This document shows, piece after piece, positions 18,901 to 28,878 of a stretch of DNA of 43,359 nucleotides; within the stretch, counting starts at the first letter, position 1; every line of letters begins with the position of its first letter. Source of the stretch: Pseudomonadota bacterium (GTDB lineage: Bacteria; Pseudomonadota; Alphaproteobacteria; Rhizobiales; Rhizobiaceae); contig JBCBZX010000001.1 in NCBI GenBank assembly GCA_039815105.1, positions 1 to 43,359 of the forward strand. The letters run 5' to 3'. A program made the position numbers and the translations under genes. The notes under the pieces were generated by a model. It was not told where the DNA came from and made no database searches. It worked only from the letters and a program-made list of their open reading frames with translations.

Positions 18901-19746
18901 TCAGCGCGCCATTATCGGGCGAACCGAACCGGATACTTTAACAGGCGCGTTCGGCTGGTCTGTCAGAGCCACTTTAATCAAAGATGGCTGCCCCATATCC
19001 TCACCTTGGTGCACCGCAAACCGACCGCCATGAGGCCATTTTTGGTCACGTAGATAGCCCGCAAACGCCGCTGCCGCCGCTCCGGTCGCCGGGTCTTCCA
19101 GCACGCCGCCGGAAGCAAACGCATTTCGCGCTGCAAACTGTTGATGCGACTGGATAACCACCAGCATCACCGTGACCACCCCATATTGGCGCATGAATTT
19201 TCGGCCTTCATCAAGGTCGTACTGCATGGCAGACAAACGGGCGCGATCTCGCAAGGGCAGCACAAAATGATCTGCGCCACCGTGAATATGGGCTGGCGGC
19301 AGGCGTTCATCGAAATCACCGGTGGCAAGACCAAACAGCGCCAGTGCTTCTTCAAGTTCGCCTGCAGTCATCGCGCGACTTGCAGTGGGTGGCGAAGTCA
19401 ATTGTGCTGCCAGGCCGTCTTCAGACGGCAGAGCCTCTACGGTGATCGTGGTCTGATTCAACACCAGCTCAAACGTTCCGGCACCAGCATGCTGTCCCAG
19501 CACCGCCCCAAGGGCGATGGTGGCATGACCGCAGAAGGGCACTTCTGACTCCGGCGCAAAATAGCGCACGCGCCACTTTCGATTGGACCCATCAAGCGCA
19601 GTGGCAAACGCTGTCTCCGAATAGCCTACCTCGGCTGCAACACGCGCCATATCGGCATCGGACGCTGCCTCGTTCAACAGCACGACGCCAGCCGGATTGC
19701 CACCCTTGTCACCTTGGCTAAAGGCCGCCACACGCTGCACATCCAT
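18901..19746 (-). CDS. PhzF-family isomerase
   Basis: [15 protein letters not shown]...SETAF...[20 protein letters not shown]...[19 protein letters not shown] at 19746; a GTG one codon upstream is also possible. Confidence 0.85.
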   Translation of the reverse strand: MDVQRVAAFSQGDKGGNPAGVVLLNEAASDADMARVAAEVGYSETAFATALDGSNRKWRVRYFAPESEVPFCGHATIALGAVLGQHAGAGTFELVLNQTTITVEALPSEDGLAAQLTSPPTASRAMTAGELEEALALFGLATGDFDERLPPAHIHGGADHFVLPLRDRARLSAMQYDLDEGRKFMRQYGVVTVMLVVIQSHQQFAARNAFASGGVLEDPATGAAAAAFAGYLRDQKWPHGGRFAVHQGEDMGQPSLIKVALTDQPNAPVKVSGSVRPIMAR

Positions 19747-19924
19747 CACTTTCTTTCCTTCCGTCTACTGGCCAATCGGGCTGCGCCTCAATCTGCCGGG
19801 GTGCAGCGGCGAGCCTTCATCTGATGCACGATGCAACACCAAGTGTCCAACTTCTCCGATGCATGGACACAGGCCGGAGCTGGAGCTAGGAAAGCGCAAA
19901 TTCAGCATTGCCATTGAGGTTACC

Positions 19925-21031
19925 ATGTCCAAATCCCTGTTCCTTTTGCCCGGTGACGGCATCGGCCCTGAAGCCATGGACGAGGTACGCAAAGCCATTG
20001 ACGCTCTCAACGCAAGAGGCGCGGACTTCACCACAGATGAGGGCCTTGTTGGCGGCGCCGCCTATGACGCCCATGGCGAAGCGATCTCTGACGCTGATAT
20101 GGCCAAGGCCATGGCCGCCGACGCTGTGCTGTTCGGTGCCGTGGGTGGTCCCAAGTGGGATGACGTACCTTACGAAGCCCGCCCCGAAGCCGGACTTTTG
20201 CGCCTGCGCAAAGATATGGAGCTTTTCGCCAATCTGCGCCCCGCCATCTGCTACCCGGCCCTTGCCGCGTCTTCCTCACTTAAGCCAGAGGTGGTGGAGG
20301 GTCTCGACATTCTCATCGTGCGCGAACTAACCGGCGGCGTGTATTTTGGCGAACCCAAAGAAATTATCGAACTGGAGGACGGGCAGCTCCGCGGGATCGA
20401 TACCCAAGTCTATGACAGCTACGAAATCGAGCGCATTGCAGGCGTCGCCTTCGATTTGGCCCGGACCCGCGACAACCGCGTCTGCTCCATGGAGAAGCGC
20501 AATGTCATGAAATCAGGCGTCGTGTGGAACCGTGTCGTCACCGCCTATCATGAAAAAAACTATTCCGACGTTGAATTGAGCCACATGCTGGCGGATGCAG
20601 GCGGCATGCAATTGGTGCGCTGGCCCAAACAGTTCGACGTCATCGTTTGCGACAATCTGTTTGGCGACATGTTGTCGGATGTTGCGGCTATGCTCACCGG
20701 CTCGCTGGGCATGTTGCCCTCTGCATCGCTGGGCGCGCCAGACGCGACCACCGGCAAGCGCAAGGCGCTGTACGAGCCAGTCCACGGCTCGGCCCCTGAT
20801 ATTGCCGGCCAGGGCATCGCCAACCCGATCGCCATGCTTTCAAGTTTGGCCATGTGCCTGCGCTACTCGTTCGAAATGGTAAGCGAAGCCGAAGCTCTTG
20901 AGGCCGCCATAGCCCAGGTTCTGGAGAGCGGCAAACGCACCGGGGACATTATGGCCGATGGGTGCACGAAAGTGTCCACCGGCGAGATGGGCGACGCGAT
21001 TGTGGCGGCGTTTGAGGAGAAATTTTCCTGA
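19925..21031 (+). CDS. leuB: 3-isopropylmalate dehydrogenase
   Basis: [21 protein letters not shown]...[11 protein letters not shown]...LRPAICYP...[12 protein letters not shown]...NLFGDMLSD...[14 protein letters not shown]. Start at the ATG at 19925. The track's 5' extension from 19697 overlaps phzF antisense. Confidence 0.95.
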   Translation: MSKSLFLLPGDGIGPEAMDEVRKAIDALNARGADFTTDEGLVGGAAYDAHGEAISDADMAKAMAADAVLFGAVGGPKWDDVPYEARPEAGLLRLRKDMELFANLRPAICYPALAASSSLKPEVVEGLDILIVRELTGGVYFGEPKEIIELEDGQLRGIDTQVYDSYEIERIAGVAFDLARTRDNRVCSMEKRNVMKSGVVWNRVVTAYHEKNYSDVELSHMLADAGGMQLVRWPKQFDVIVCDNLFGDMLSDVAAMLTGSLGMLPSASLGAPDATTGKRKALYEPVHGSAPDIAGQGIANPIAMLSSLAMCLRYSFEMVSEAEALEAAIAQVLESGKRTGDIMADGCTKVSTGEMGDAIVAAFEEKFS

Positions 21032-21095
21032 TTGTCGAGAACTTATGTTTTGGGTAGTCAAAAACAAAACTGCGGGTCTGGCCGAACATATTTAT

Positions 21096-21704
21096 CTAAG
21101 TGAAGTAGCGAAGCGGGATGTAAACTCCAAAAACAGAAAAGAAAAATGAGTACACAAACAATGTAGAGATACACTCTATCGTGATTTTTCGGCGATTTAA
21201 AATCGGCTCGTAGCGACAAAAGCGGATAAACGAGCGGATTGCGAAGAAAGTTAAGGTAGAAAATAGAGCCACAACCAACACAAGTTCACCCGCCTCTACG
21301 AAATCTCCTACATTGTAGGATTTTGACTTAAGGTAGTGGTGATAAAAGGCAAAACTCAAAGAGCCAAGAAGGCTCACGACGAGACAAATCTCAACGTGAA
21401 CAGGAACTCTGTCCGCTTTTAGGCCTCGCATTCGTATATACAAAGATGATATTAGCCATCCTCCGATGAGAAAGGCCAATAGCCAGCTCAAACCAAGAAT
21501 AGTAACCGCAAGAGGATCGCTGGGCACGGAGGTCAATATTGGCGACATTAGAGTCGCATAGACGAAAGCGACGATAACCGAAGCAATGGCTAATTGCCCT
21601 GCTTCAGCTCCATCTCGACCTGGAGAAACGTTTGGTAGCGCAAAAGCCCTCAAAAGCAGCAATCGAACATCCAAAATATCACCTGCCATCTTTGCGAGAG
21701 ACAT
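21096..21704 (-). CDS. Orphan polytopic membrane protein (202 aa, about 5 TM)
   Basis: A long ORF in AT-rich DNA, where random stops are frequent. Hydrophobic segments: LAIASVIVAFVYATLMSPIL, AVTILGLSWLLAFLIGGWLISSLYI, ICLVVSLLGSLSFAFY, LVLVVALFSTLTFFAI, ISTLFVYSFFFSVFGVYIPL. The start overlaps the upstream stop (TAATG). No motif recognised. Confidence 0.7.
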   Translation of the reverse strand: MSLAKMAGDILDVRLLLLRAFALPNVSPGRDGAEAGQLAIASVIVAFVYATLMSPILTSVPSDPLAVTILGLSWLLAFLIGGWLISSLYIRMRGLKADRVPVHVEICLVVSLLGSLSFAFYHHYLKSKSYNVGDFVEAGELVLVVALFSTLTFFAIRSFIRFCRYEPILNRRKITIECISTLFVYSFFFSVFGVYIPLRYFT

Positions 21705-22456
21705 TACTGTAACGCCTTCTTAGAAAATACTATTCCGGTTAACTTTCCGTTGTTTCTAAGCTCAAATTCTACAAACGCGCATGGGCTCTTTGGATAATCC
21801 CGCTGAGGAGCGATTATAATGCTTGCTTGGAATCCAGAAGAGAATTTACCTGCTGGCCGAGCAACCGGGCGTCCACGCTCAGCCGCATTGAGTGCCAGAC
21901 GCTGGTCATTATCTGAAAATGAAAAGACATTTCTCCTTTCAGCCGTCGTACGACAATAACGTTTCGGCTCGAAAAATCTCCTAGTAGACTTGTGTCGGGC
22001 AGAGCGAAAACCAATGTGAAATTCAGATAAATTCTCGAATCCCGATTCGCCTTGGCCGTTATTTGGCGATTTGAGTTGGTCGTTATATTCGGATTTCTTT
22101 ACTATTGATCTGTGAGGCATGAGTTTCTTATCCCCCACAAACGCGGCAAGGCCGGTGCGGCAAGCCACCCCCGATGATCGATTTAGCTCCACGGTGTTCG
22201 AAGCGATCGACTTTGCCTTCAGTAAGATAGCTGTGGGTTGCCCCAATTCCTCGGAGGAAAGACGCCACTCGATTTGGCTGCCCCTTACAACGCGCATGTA
22301 TGAGCCACTCTTCCAACCGCGCTTGGTCAGTTTACTGATGGCAAAACTGGTTGAACAAGTTCGGACACCTGAGGACTTGATATCGAACTTTACGTCGGCG
22401 GCGGCCTTGCCTCCAACCATTAACATCGTAAGAAAGAAAACAAGTAGCGTTTTCAT
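21704..22456 (-). CDS. Orphan secreted/periplasmic protein (250 aa, signal peptide)
   Basis: MKTLLVFFLTMLMVGGKAAA|DVKF looks like a Sec signal with an AxA site. GGGGGA lies 6 nt upstream of the ATG at 22456. The mature part is basic and Ser/Lys/Arg-rich. No motif recognised. Confidence 0.7.
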   Translation of the reverse strand: MKTLLVFFLTMLMVGGKAAADVKFDIKSSGVRTCSTSFAISKLTKRGWKSGSYMRVVRGSQIEWRLSSEELGQPTAILLKAKSIASNTVELNRSSGVACRTGLAAFVGDKKLMPHRSIVKKSEYNDQLKSPNNGQGESGFENLSEFHIGFRSARHKSTRRFFEPKRYCRTTAERRNVFSFSDNDQRLALNAAERGRPVARPAGKFSSGFQASIIIAPQRDYPKSPCAFVEFELRNNGKLTGIVFSKKALQ

Positions 22457-22525
22457 ATAGATCCCCCAGCTCTGCACTCGACGTGACGCTCTAAGCTTGC
22501 CCATAGTATTCTAGGAGATCAAGCA

Positions 22526-24355
22526 CTACCCCTCCATCTCCTCCCGCAGCATTTCAAGCTCCAGCCATTCTTCTTCGGCCTCGTCTTTGCGAGCTTGCAC
22601 CTTGGCGACTTCCTCCGTTGCTTTGGCAAAGCCGTCAGGATCCTTGGTGAAAAAACCGGGGTCGGACATTTTTGCGGATAGCTGCTCTATCTTCGCATCG
22701 AGCGCCTCAATTTCCTTAGGCAAATTTTCCAGCGCGTATTTCTGCTTAAAAGACAGCTTGGTGCTGGCAGCTTTAGGAGCAGTTGATTTGGGGGCAGGCG
22801 CTTTGCTCTTTATTGCTCCCTTCTCAGACTTTTTGAGTTCGTCAGCGCCCGGCGCAGCCACTCCCGCACCGCGTTGCGCGACCATGTCGGTGTAGCCGCC
22901 TGCATATTCAATCCACTTGCCGTCCCCTTCCGCCATGAGTACCGATGTGCAGACGCGGTCGAGAAAGTCACGGTCATGGCTGACGAGGATCACGGTGCCC
23001 GCATAATCGGCCAGCATCTCCTGCAACAAATCCAGCGTCTCGAGATCCAGATCATTGGTGGGCTCATCCAGCACCATCAGATTTGATGGAATTCGCAGGG
23101 CTCTCGCGAGCATCAGCCGCCCGCGCTCACCGCCGGATAGAGCGTGCAGCGGCGTGCGGGCCTGTTCGGGCGCAAACAGAAACTCTTTCATATAGGTCAT
23201 AACATGCTTTTGCTGGCCGGCCACCTCCACCATATCACCAGAGCCATCGGTCAGCGCGTCCTTAAGCGTCCAGTCAGGATTCAGCGCCTCGCGCTTTTGG
23301 TCCAGCGTCACCATGTCCAACTTGGTGCCGTGTTTAACCGTTCCCGCGTCCGGCTCGATTTCGGCGGTGAGCAGCCGCACCAAAGTCGTCTTTCCCGAGC
23401 CATTGGGGCCAACCAGCCCAATCCGGTCTCCGCGCTGCACCGTGATGTTGAGGGGCTTAACGATGTCGCGCTCGCCATAGATCTTTGAGATGCCTTTGGC
23501 CTTGATGGCGATTTTGCCGGAGGTTTCCGCATCCCCCACTGTCATCTGCACCCCGCCCTGCACTTTGCGGGCATTAGCACGGGTTTCACGCAGCTTCGCC
23601 AGCTCAGCAAGCCGCCGGACATTGCGCTTGCGGCGGCCGGACACGCCGTGAACCACCCAATGTTCCTCGCGCACGATTTTGCGGTCCAGCTTGTGTCGCT
23701 CCAACTCTTCCTCTTCCAGCAAGGTGTCGCGCCAGCCTTCAAAATGTACAAAGCTCTTATTCATGGTCCGCGAGCGGCCACGGTCGATCCATACGGTTTC
23801 GCGGCTCAGATTTTCGGCAAAGCGCCGATCATGGCTTATGAACACAAGCGCGGAACGCAATTGCGCCAGCTCACCTTCAAGCCATTCAATCACCGGCAGG
23901 TCGAGATGGTTGGTGGGCTCATCCAGCAATACGATATCCGGTTCAGGCGCCAGTGTGCGGGCCAGTGCGGCACGGCGGGCCTCACCGCCAGACACACTGG
24001 CCGGATCGGCATCAACCTTCACCGCTAGCTGTTCCATCAGATAGTCGGCGCGGTAGGGGTCGTCCGCTGGTCCAAGCCCCGCCAGCACATAATCGCGCAA
24101 GGTGGCATGGCTGGCCATATCCGGCTCTTGGGGCATGTAGCGCACAGTGGTGCCGGGCTGCAAAAAACGCTCGCCTGCATCAGCCTCCACGAGCCCGGCG
24201 GCGATCTTGAGCAGTGTGGACTTGCCGGACCCATTGCGTCCCACCAGCGCCACCCGGGCGCGGGGCATCACGGTCAGGTCCGCCGCCTCCAGCAAGGGCG
24301 TGGACCCAAAGGTAAGCGCGATATTCTGGAGGGTGAGAAGGGGCGGCTGGGCCAT
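22526..24355 (-). CDS. ABC-F family ATPase (Uup-like; two ABC domains plus a C-terminal coiled coil)
   Basis: Two Walker A motifs (GRNGSGKST, GPNGSGKTT), two signatures (VSGGEARR, LSGGERGR), two Walker B motifs (LLDEPTNHLD, VLDEPTNDLD), no TM domain. Confidence 0.9.
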   Translation of the reverse strand: MAQPPLLTLQNIALTFGSTPLLEAADLTVMPRARVALVGRNGSGKSTLLKIAAGLVEADAGERFLQPGTTVRYMPQEPDMASHATLRDYVLAGLGPADDPYRADYLMEQLAVKVDADPASVSGGEARRAALARTLAPEPDIVLLDEPTNHLDLPVIEWLEGELAQLRSALVFISHDRRFAENLSRETVWIDRGRSRTMNKSFVHFEGWRDTLLEEEELERHKLDRKIVREEHWVVHGVSGRRKRNVRRLAELAKLRETRANARKVQGGVQMTVGDAETSGKIAIKAKGISKIYGERDIVKPLNITVQRGDRIGLVGPNGSGKTTLVRLLTAEIEPDAGTVKHGTKLDMVTLDQKREALNPDWTLKDALTDGSGDMVEVAGQQKHVMTYMKEFLFAPEQARTPLHALSGGERGRLMLARALRIPSNLMVLDEPTNDLDLETLDLLQEMLADYAGTVILVSHDRDFLDRVCTSVLMAEGDGKWIEYAGGYTDMVAQRGAGVAAPGADELKKSEKGAIKSKAPAPKSTAPKAASTKLSFKQKYALENLPKEIEALDAKIEQLSAKMSDPGFFTKDPDGFAKATEEVAKVQARKDEAEEEWLELEMLREEMEG

Positions 24356-24387
24356 GGTGAATCTGAATCAATCTTGAGCGAAGAAAA

Positions 24388-25341
24388 TTAGTCCGCCTTC
24401 TGGTCGTAATGCGAAGTGCGGTCAACGAGCCAATTGAGAAACGCAGCTTCGTTGGGCCGCGCTTCATGACCTTTTGGGCAAACGGCATAGAAAGCCAGAT
24501 CGGTGCGCAAGGCTGGCACTGGCAGGTAAACCAGGCGGCCAGCGCGAATATCATTGTCCAGCAGGGCGTGGCGCCCAAGTATCATGCCAGCGCCAGCCAA
24601 GGCCGCATCTATCGCGTGGTCTGCCTGATTGAACCGGACGCCCCGCGCCGCGCGGGCCGTGTCAAACCCCTGCGCCGCAAACCAGTCGGTCCATTCAGGT
24701 TCATCGACAAATGGCTTGAGACTGTCATCATGTACCAGCGGCAAATGCTCCATATCGGCGGCTTTCGAGACGCTGTGCTTTTCCACAAATGCCGGCGACG
24801 CCGCAGGCCGAAGCTCCTCCCCCATAAGCCGCTGCTGAAAAAGACCGGGGTGGTTGCCCCGACCAAAGCGTATTGCAAAATCGACGCCATCCTCCCCAAA
24901 GGTGGACAGCGCGAGCGCAGCGGAGATGCGGATATCAAGATCAGGTAAAGCCGCCATCAGATCTGCCAGGCGAGGCGCGAGCCACTTAGCCGCAAATGCC
25001 GGACCGGACGACACGACCAGAACATTGGACTCCTGCCGTGGACGCAGGGCCGCAACCGACTTCTCAATCCGCCCGAACGCATCGGTAAGCCCAGCCAACA
25101 GGGTACGCCCATCATTGGTGAGCGAAATGGACCGGTTACCCCGAACCACCAATTGCCGCTCAAGAAACCCTTCAAGCGACTTCACCTGATGGCTCAAAGC
25201 CGCCGGCGTAACACTGAGCTCCTCGGCAGCCTGTTTGAACGACAGCCGCCTCCCCACGGCTTCAAACGCGCGCAAAGCGTTGAGCGGGGGCATGGGTACG
25301 TTTGCGCCGGCAGCGGCACTGGAAGTATGATCATCAATCAT
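24388..25341 (-). CDS. LysR-family transcriptional regulator (GcvA-like)
   Basis: N-terminal wHTH: LNALRAFEAVGRRLSFKQAAEELSVTPAALSHQVKSLE. Confidence 0.9.
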   Translation of the reverse strand: MIDDHTSSAAAGANVPMPPLNALRAFEAVGRRLSFKQAAEELSVTPAALSHQVKSLEGFLERQLVVRGNRSISLTNDGRTLLAGLTDAFGRIEKSVAALRPRQESNVLVVSSGPAFAAKWLAPRLADLMAALPDLDIRISAALALSTFGEDGVDFAIRFGRGNHPGLFQQRLMGEELRPAASPAFVEKHSVSKAADMEHLPLVHDDSLKPFVDEPEWTDWFAAQGFDTARAARGVRFNQADHAIDAALAGAGMILGRHALLDNDIRAGRLVYLPVPALRTDLAFYAVCPKGHEARPNEAAFLNWLVDRTSHYDQKAD

Positions 25342-25453
25342 ACATTAGAATCTCTAATCTGAAACGTGAGAAAGTCCAGCTTGTTATACAGATGAGATCA
25401 ACATAATTCATGTGCAACGAAACGGCCCACGCCAGACCCCCGGAGCTGAGACC

Positions 25454-25615
25454 ATGTCCAACCACGATAAATACCAAACACCTACACTGTCCGACCTGCA
25501 CAATCTCAACCGTCGCGCCCGCAATGAACGCAGCGCAGCATTTTACACCATGATGCGCAGCGTGGGTGAATGGTTCGGCAATAGCGAAGAGAATCAGAGC
25601 GCCAACAAGCGTTGA
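25454..25615 (+). CDS. Small hypothetical protein (53 aa), divergent from the LysR gene
   Basis: MSNHDKYQTPTLSDLHNLNRRARNERSAAFYTMMRSVGEWFGNSEENQSANKR. GGAG lies 8 nt upstream. My hand count of third-position GC is 34/53. It may belong to a family of small proteins seen in Rhodobacterales, but I cannot verify that. Confidence 0.5.
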   Translation: MSNHDKYQTPTLSDLHNLNRRARNERSAAFYTMMRSVGEWFGNSEENQSANKR

Positions 25616-25920
25616 TGGCAAGGTAACTGGCAAGCCCTCACCTGGGATTCACCAAAGCCGGGCATGCCAAAATTGCGTTCAGTCCCAGCTTTTCCGGACA
25701 TCTAGCCACGGCATTGCTGGCGACTGAACATGGTTAACAAACTCTAAAGCGCCTGCTGAAACCTGTCGCAGCAATGTTACACTGTTTTATCTGACGGCCA
25801 CTTTTCGACCCTGATTGGTACCCACCTTCCAGATCGGCACCGGCATATTTGCCTTCACACGCCGACAACATGCATACGCCACCGGCAAATGCGCTATGGA
25901 AACTGGGTTCGGGCAGATCG

Positions 25921-26691
25921 ATGAGACCAACAGTTGACCGCAAGAATGGAACTGGCGCTCTGCGCACAGCCCTGTTGGCTGTGGCCGCCAGCACATCCCT
26001 CATAGGCAGCGCCAAATTTGCCAACGCGCAGGCGATAGCAGGCGATCAACGCATAGAAAAAGCTTCGGCCGCACCCACGACATCCTCATCGCCATCCTCA
26101 TCGCCGCTCGCAGCACTGTCGGAGACACAAATATATTCCGCCGATGCGCCAGATGGCACGCTCAATGCGCCCATTCAGAGTGGTGCAGAGGCCTTCAATA
26201 TTCCATCGGAAGTTCTGTACTCATGGTCGGGGCCATATGTCGGCCTCAGGGCAGGTTCCGTGATCGCAAATGGCAATGCTGCCTTCACCGGAGCGCTTGA
26301 GGCTGGCTATGATTTTCAGCCGACGGCACGCATAGTGACTGGCATTGAAGGTGATATCGCGTTGCGGGGTGATGCCAGCACCCTGACCAACACGCCCGCC
26401 CTTGGCACTTTGACCGGCCGCTTGGGCTTTTTGCCCGTAGATCGCATCCTGGTTTATGGCGAGGCCGGCGGTGCCTTGGGCAGCGTGCGCGGCGCAAATG
26501 CTGCGGGCGGCACAGACACGCAATTGAGCCCCGGCTACACGCTGGGTGCCGGCGCGGAATTTGCCCTGGATGAGCAACTGACCTTTGTGGGTGAATACAC
26601 CTATACCGATCTGCAAGACCGGACCGTACCCACGGGCACAGACACGTTGCAGTCCAACTCATTTGAAGCGGGGATCAAATTGAGGTTTTAG
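25921..26691 (+). CDS. Outer-membrane beta-barrel protein (Omp25/Omp31-like porin family)
   Basis: Signal peptide ...LIGSAKFANAQA, alternating-hydrophobicity beta strands, WSGPYVGL, and a C-terminal ...FEAGIKLRF ending in Phe. Confidence 0.8.
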   Translation: MRPTVDRKNGTGALRTALLAVAASTSLIGSAKFANAQAIAGDQRIEKASAAPTTSSSPSSSPLAALSETQIYSADAPDGTLNAPIQSGAEAFNIPSEVLYSWSGPYVGLRAGSVIANGNAAFTGALEAGYDFQPTARIVTGIEGDIALRGDASTLTNTPALGTLTGRLGFLPVDRILVYGEAGGALGSVRGANAAGGTDTQLSPGYTLGAGAEFALDEQLTFVGEYTYTDLQDRTVPTGTDTLQSNSFEAGIKLRF

Positions 26692-26705
26692 CAAGATACC
26701 AAATT

Positions 26706-26737
26706 GTCGGCAGCCCTCCATGGAGGGAACTGCCGAC
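26706..26737 (+). terminator. Strong hairpin 15 nt after the OMP gene stop
   Basis: GTCGGCAG CCCTC(catg)GAGGG aa CTGCCGAC gives 13 bp in total. There is no clear T-run. Confidence 0.45.
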
Positions 26738-26856
26738 CGGCGCAACGCGCCGCGCCCCCGCAGCGAAAGACCGATAGGTCTGACAGCGCGAGGGACCAAT
26801 TGAGGCGGCACAGCCCCTGCCCAACCGGTCACCCAGCCGGTACAGTCGCCTCAAAG

Positions 26857-26891
26857 GAAAAGCCGCGAAGCATTTTGCTTCGCGGCTTTTC
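26857..26891. terminator. Bidirectional intrinsic terminator
   Basis: GAAAAGCCGCGAAGC-ATTTT-GCTTCGCGGCTTTTC is a perfect 15-bp stem with A/T runs on both sides. It lies 43 nt beyond the rplS stop. Confidence 0.8.
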
Positions 26892-26933
26892 TACATTCAA
26901 CGCAGTCTTTGCTGCGGTTTATTCTGATGCGAT

Positions 26934-27425
26934 TTATTCTGCGGCGCTTTCCTCGGCGGCCTTTTCAGCGGCCAGAGCCTGAGCGGCGGCAACGCGTTCG
27001 GCCTCAGCACGGGCTTTCTCATCCGCAATCTGGCGACGCTGATCATCGTTCAGCTTGCGCGCACGCACCGATGAATTCTCCACGATACGAGCCGACTTAC
27101 CGCGGCGGCCGCGCAGATAGTAAAGTTTCGCGCGGCGGACCTTACCGCGGCGCACCACTTCCACACCCTCAACAAGGCTGGAATAGAGCGGGAAAACCCG
27201 TTCCACGCCCTCGCCATAGGAGATTTTGCGGACGGTGAAATTCTCATTTATGCCGGAACCAGCACGGGCAATGCAGACACCTTCATAGGCCTGCAAGCGC
27301 GTGCGGCTGCCCTCTGTCACGCGAACCTGAACGCGCACTGTGTCGCCGGGCTCAAACGGAGGCAACTGACGCTTCTCCTGAATGGCGGACATTTGCTCGG
27401 CATCGAGCTGCTGGATAATATTCAT
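26934..27425 (-). CDS. rplS: 50S ribosomal protein L19 with an Ala/Glu/Lys-rich C-terminal extension
   Basis: [11 protein letters not shown]...[33 protein letters not shown]...[25 protein letters not shown]. Confidence 0.95.
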   Translation of the reverse strand: MNIIQQLDAEQMSAIQEKRQLPPFEPGDTVRVQVRVTEGSRTRLQAYEGVCIARAGSGINENFTVRKISYGEGVERVFPLYSSLVEGVEVVRRGKVRRAKLYYLRGRRGKSARIVENSSVRARKLNDDQRRQIADEKARAEAERVAAAQALAAEKAAEESAAE

Positions 27426-27601
27426 TTGCTTTTCTCTTCTTGTTTCGAAGACCAGAGCGCCCGCTAGCCCGACTGCCCAATATGAGAGCCTCGGTTGACC
27501 GCGAATTTCACAGCCAGGGACGTTACGTCGTCACGTTTCCTTGTGGAAAGCTGCGCGGCTCATACAACAGACATGGCGGCCTGTCTAGCGGCACACACAG
27601 C

Positions 27602-28306
27602 TCAGAGGCCGCCTTCATCTGTCTTTTGCGCCAGCAAATCAGGCCGCCTTTCTTGGGTCAGGCGCTCGGACTGTTCCCGTTGCCATTTGGCCACCGCACC
27701 ATGGTTGCCTGAGGTCAGAACATCGGGGATTGTGCGCTCCTCCCAAACCGCTGGCCTTGTGTAGTGGGGATGTTCCAACAGCCCATTTTCAAAGCTCTCA
27801 AACTCTCCACTTTGCGCGTTACCCATGACACCGGGCAGCAGGCGGACAATGGCGTCCAGCAGCAGCAATGCTGCGGGCTCTCCGCCGGATAATATGTAGT
27901 CACCCACCGAAACTTCCCTCAGGCCGCGCCCGTCAATCACCCGCTGGTCAACGCCTTCAAACCGCCCGCAAACGATCACCGCGCCAGGTCCGCACGCGAA
28001 CTCCCGGACCATGGCTTGATCCAGCGGCTTGCCGCGTGGGCTCATGAGCAATCGCGGACGCGCGTCACCTTCAGAACTTGCTTGGTCGATGGCATTGCCC
28101 AGAACGTCAGCCCGTAGCACCATCCCCGCGCCGCCACCTGCGGGCGTGTCATCAACTGCCCGGTGCTTGCCGTGGCCGAACTGGCGCAAGTCCGTGGTTT
28201 CGCACGTCCAATCTCCGCGCTCCAGCGCCCGGCCAGCCAAGGATTGACCCAGATGGCCCGGGAACATGTCGGGGTACAGCGTTATGATGTTGGCGCGGAA
28301 GGTCAT
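27602..28306 (-). CDS. trmD: tRNA (guanine37-N1)-methyltransferase
   Basis: [10 protein letters not shown]...GRALE...[17 protein letters not shown]...[12 protein letters not shown]...[15 protein letters not shown]. Confidence 0.95.
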   Translation of the reverse strand: MTFRANIITLYPDMFPGHLGQSLAGRALERGDWTCETTDLRQFGHGKHRAVDDTPAGGGAGMVLRADVLGNAIDQASSEGDARPRLLMSPRGKPLDQAMVREFACGPGAVIVCGRFEGVDQRVIDGRGLREVSVGDYILSGGEPAALLLLDAIVRLLPGVMGNAQSGEFESFENGLLEHPHYTRPAVWEERTIPDVLTSGNHGAVAKWQREQSERLTQERRPDLLAQKTDEGGL

Positions 28307-28878
28307 TGTCCAACATCGCCTTTCCGTTTGGGCGCGCCATCACCACTTGCATCCACCTCTTCCGGCGGGGAGATCGTGATATGCCCTTCTGATATCGCAA
28401 GGCGCGGAACATTTGCCAGCGTAAAGGCCAAAAGCAAAGTGCCACCTCCAGTGCGTTGGATGGCAAGGACGTCGCCCGCACCGTGATCGTCCACACCGAC
28501 GATCTGACCCACTTCCCTGCCATCGGTGTTCCGGACCTCAAGCCCAATCAAATCGCTGATGAAGAACTCACCTTCTTCCAGATCTTCATCATTAAACCGG
28601 TTGCGGGGGATGGTCAGCTCAGCGCCTTTGAGCGCCTCCGCCATTTCGCGTGTTGTGACCTCCGCAAAACGCACAACCAGCACCGTTTTGGCAGGCCGGG
28701 CACTCTTCACCGTCAAGCTTTTGGGCAGCTTTGGTTCGCCTGACGCAATGATCAGTGGTGAATAGTCAGCCAGTGCCATCGGATCTGCGGTGAAGGGCTG
28801 GACGCGCACCTCTCCCCGCACGCCATGGGGCGCTCCAATTCTTGCAATGGTGACATGGCGGTCAGAGGATGTCTTCAT
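28303..28878 (-). CDS. rimM: 16S rRNA processing protein RimM
   Basis: [25 protein letters not shown]...[11 protein letters not shown]. Start at the ATG at 28878. ATGA overlap with trmD. Confidence 0.9.
   Translation of the reverse strand: MKTSSDRHVTIARIGAPHGVRGEVRVQPFTADPMALADYSPLIIASGEPKLPKSLTVKSARPAKTVLVVRFAEVTTREMAEALKGAELTIPRNRFNDEDLEEGEFFISDLIGLEVRNTDGREVGQIVGVDDHGAGDVLAIQRTGGGTLLLAFTLANVPRLAISEGHITISPPEEVDASGDGAPKRKGDVGQ

Larger units (their letters stand above)
21032..22525. other. Low-GC segment (compositional island) holding two orphan genes
   Basis: Hand counts of individual 60-nt lines inside gave 18/60, 25/60 and 26/60 G+C, against 38/60 in the last full leuB line. The boundaries coincide with the leuB and ABC-F stop codons. 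Confidence 0.6.

Noticed and set aside
19697-19924. 5' extensions of track ORFs (leuB from 19697, rimM to 29100, yciB to 2948, asd to 14487, htpX from 4120, mtaB from 37174)
   Set aside because: The extensions translate to Arg/Cys/Pro-rich nonsense, often overlap the neighbouring gene, and precede internal starts that reproduce the canonical family N-termini.
21032-22525. Reading the low-GC cassette as a prophage remnant or IS-borne cargo
   Set aside because: I could see no terminal inverted repeats, no target-site duplication, no recombinase and no adjacent tRNA. I therefore report only the compositional anomaly and the orphan gene pair, not a mobile element.
25334-25633. A 99-aa minus-strand ORF upstream of and overlapping the LysR start
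   Set aside because: The translation is odd (CC pairs, HH runs, no SD). The plus-strand 53-aa ORF in the same place has an SD and coding-like third-position bias.
27426-27601. Possible L19 leader or autoregulatory RNA in the 176-nt trmD-rplS spacer
   Set aside because: Only short imperfect inverted repeats are visible (around GACGTTACGTCGTCACGT). I know of no characterised alphaproteobacterial L19 leader to compare with, so there is not enough evidence for a call.
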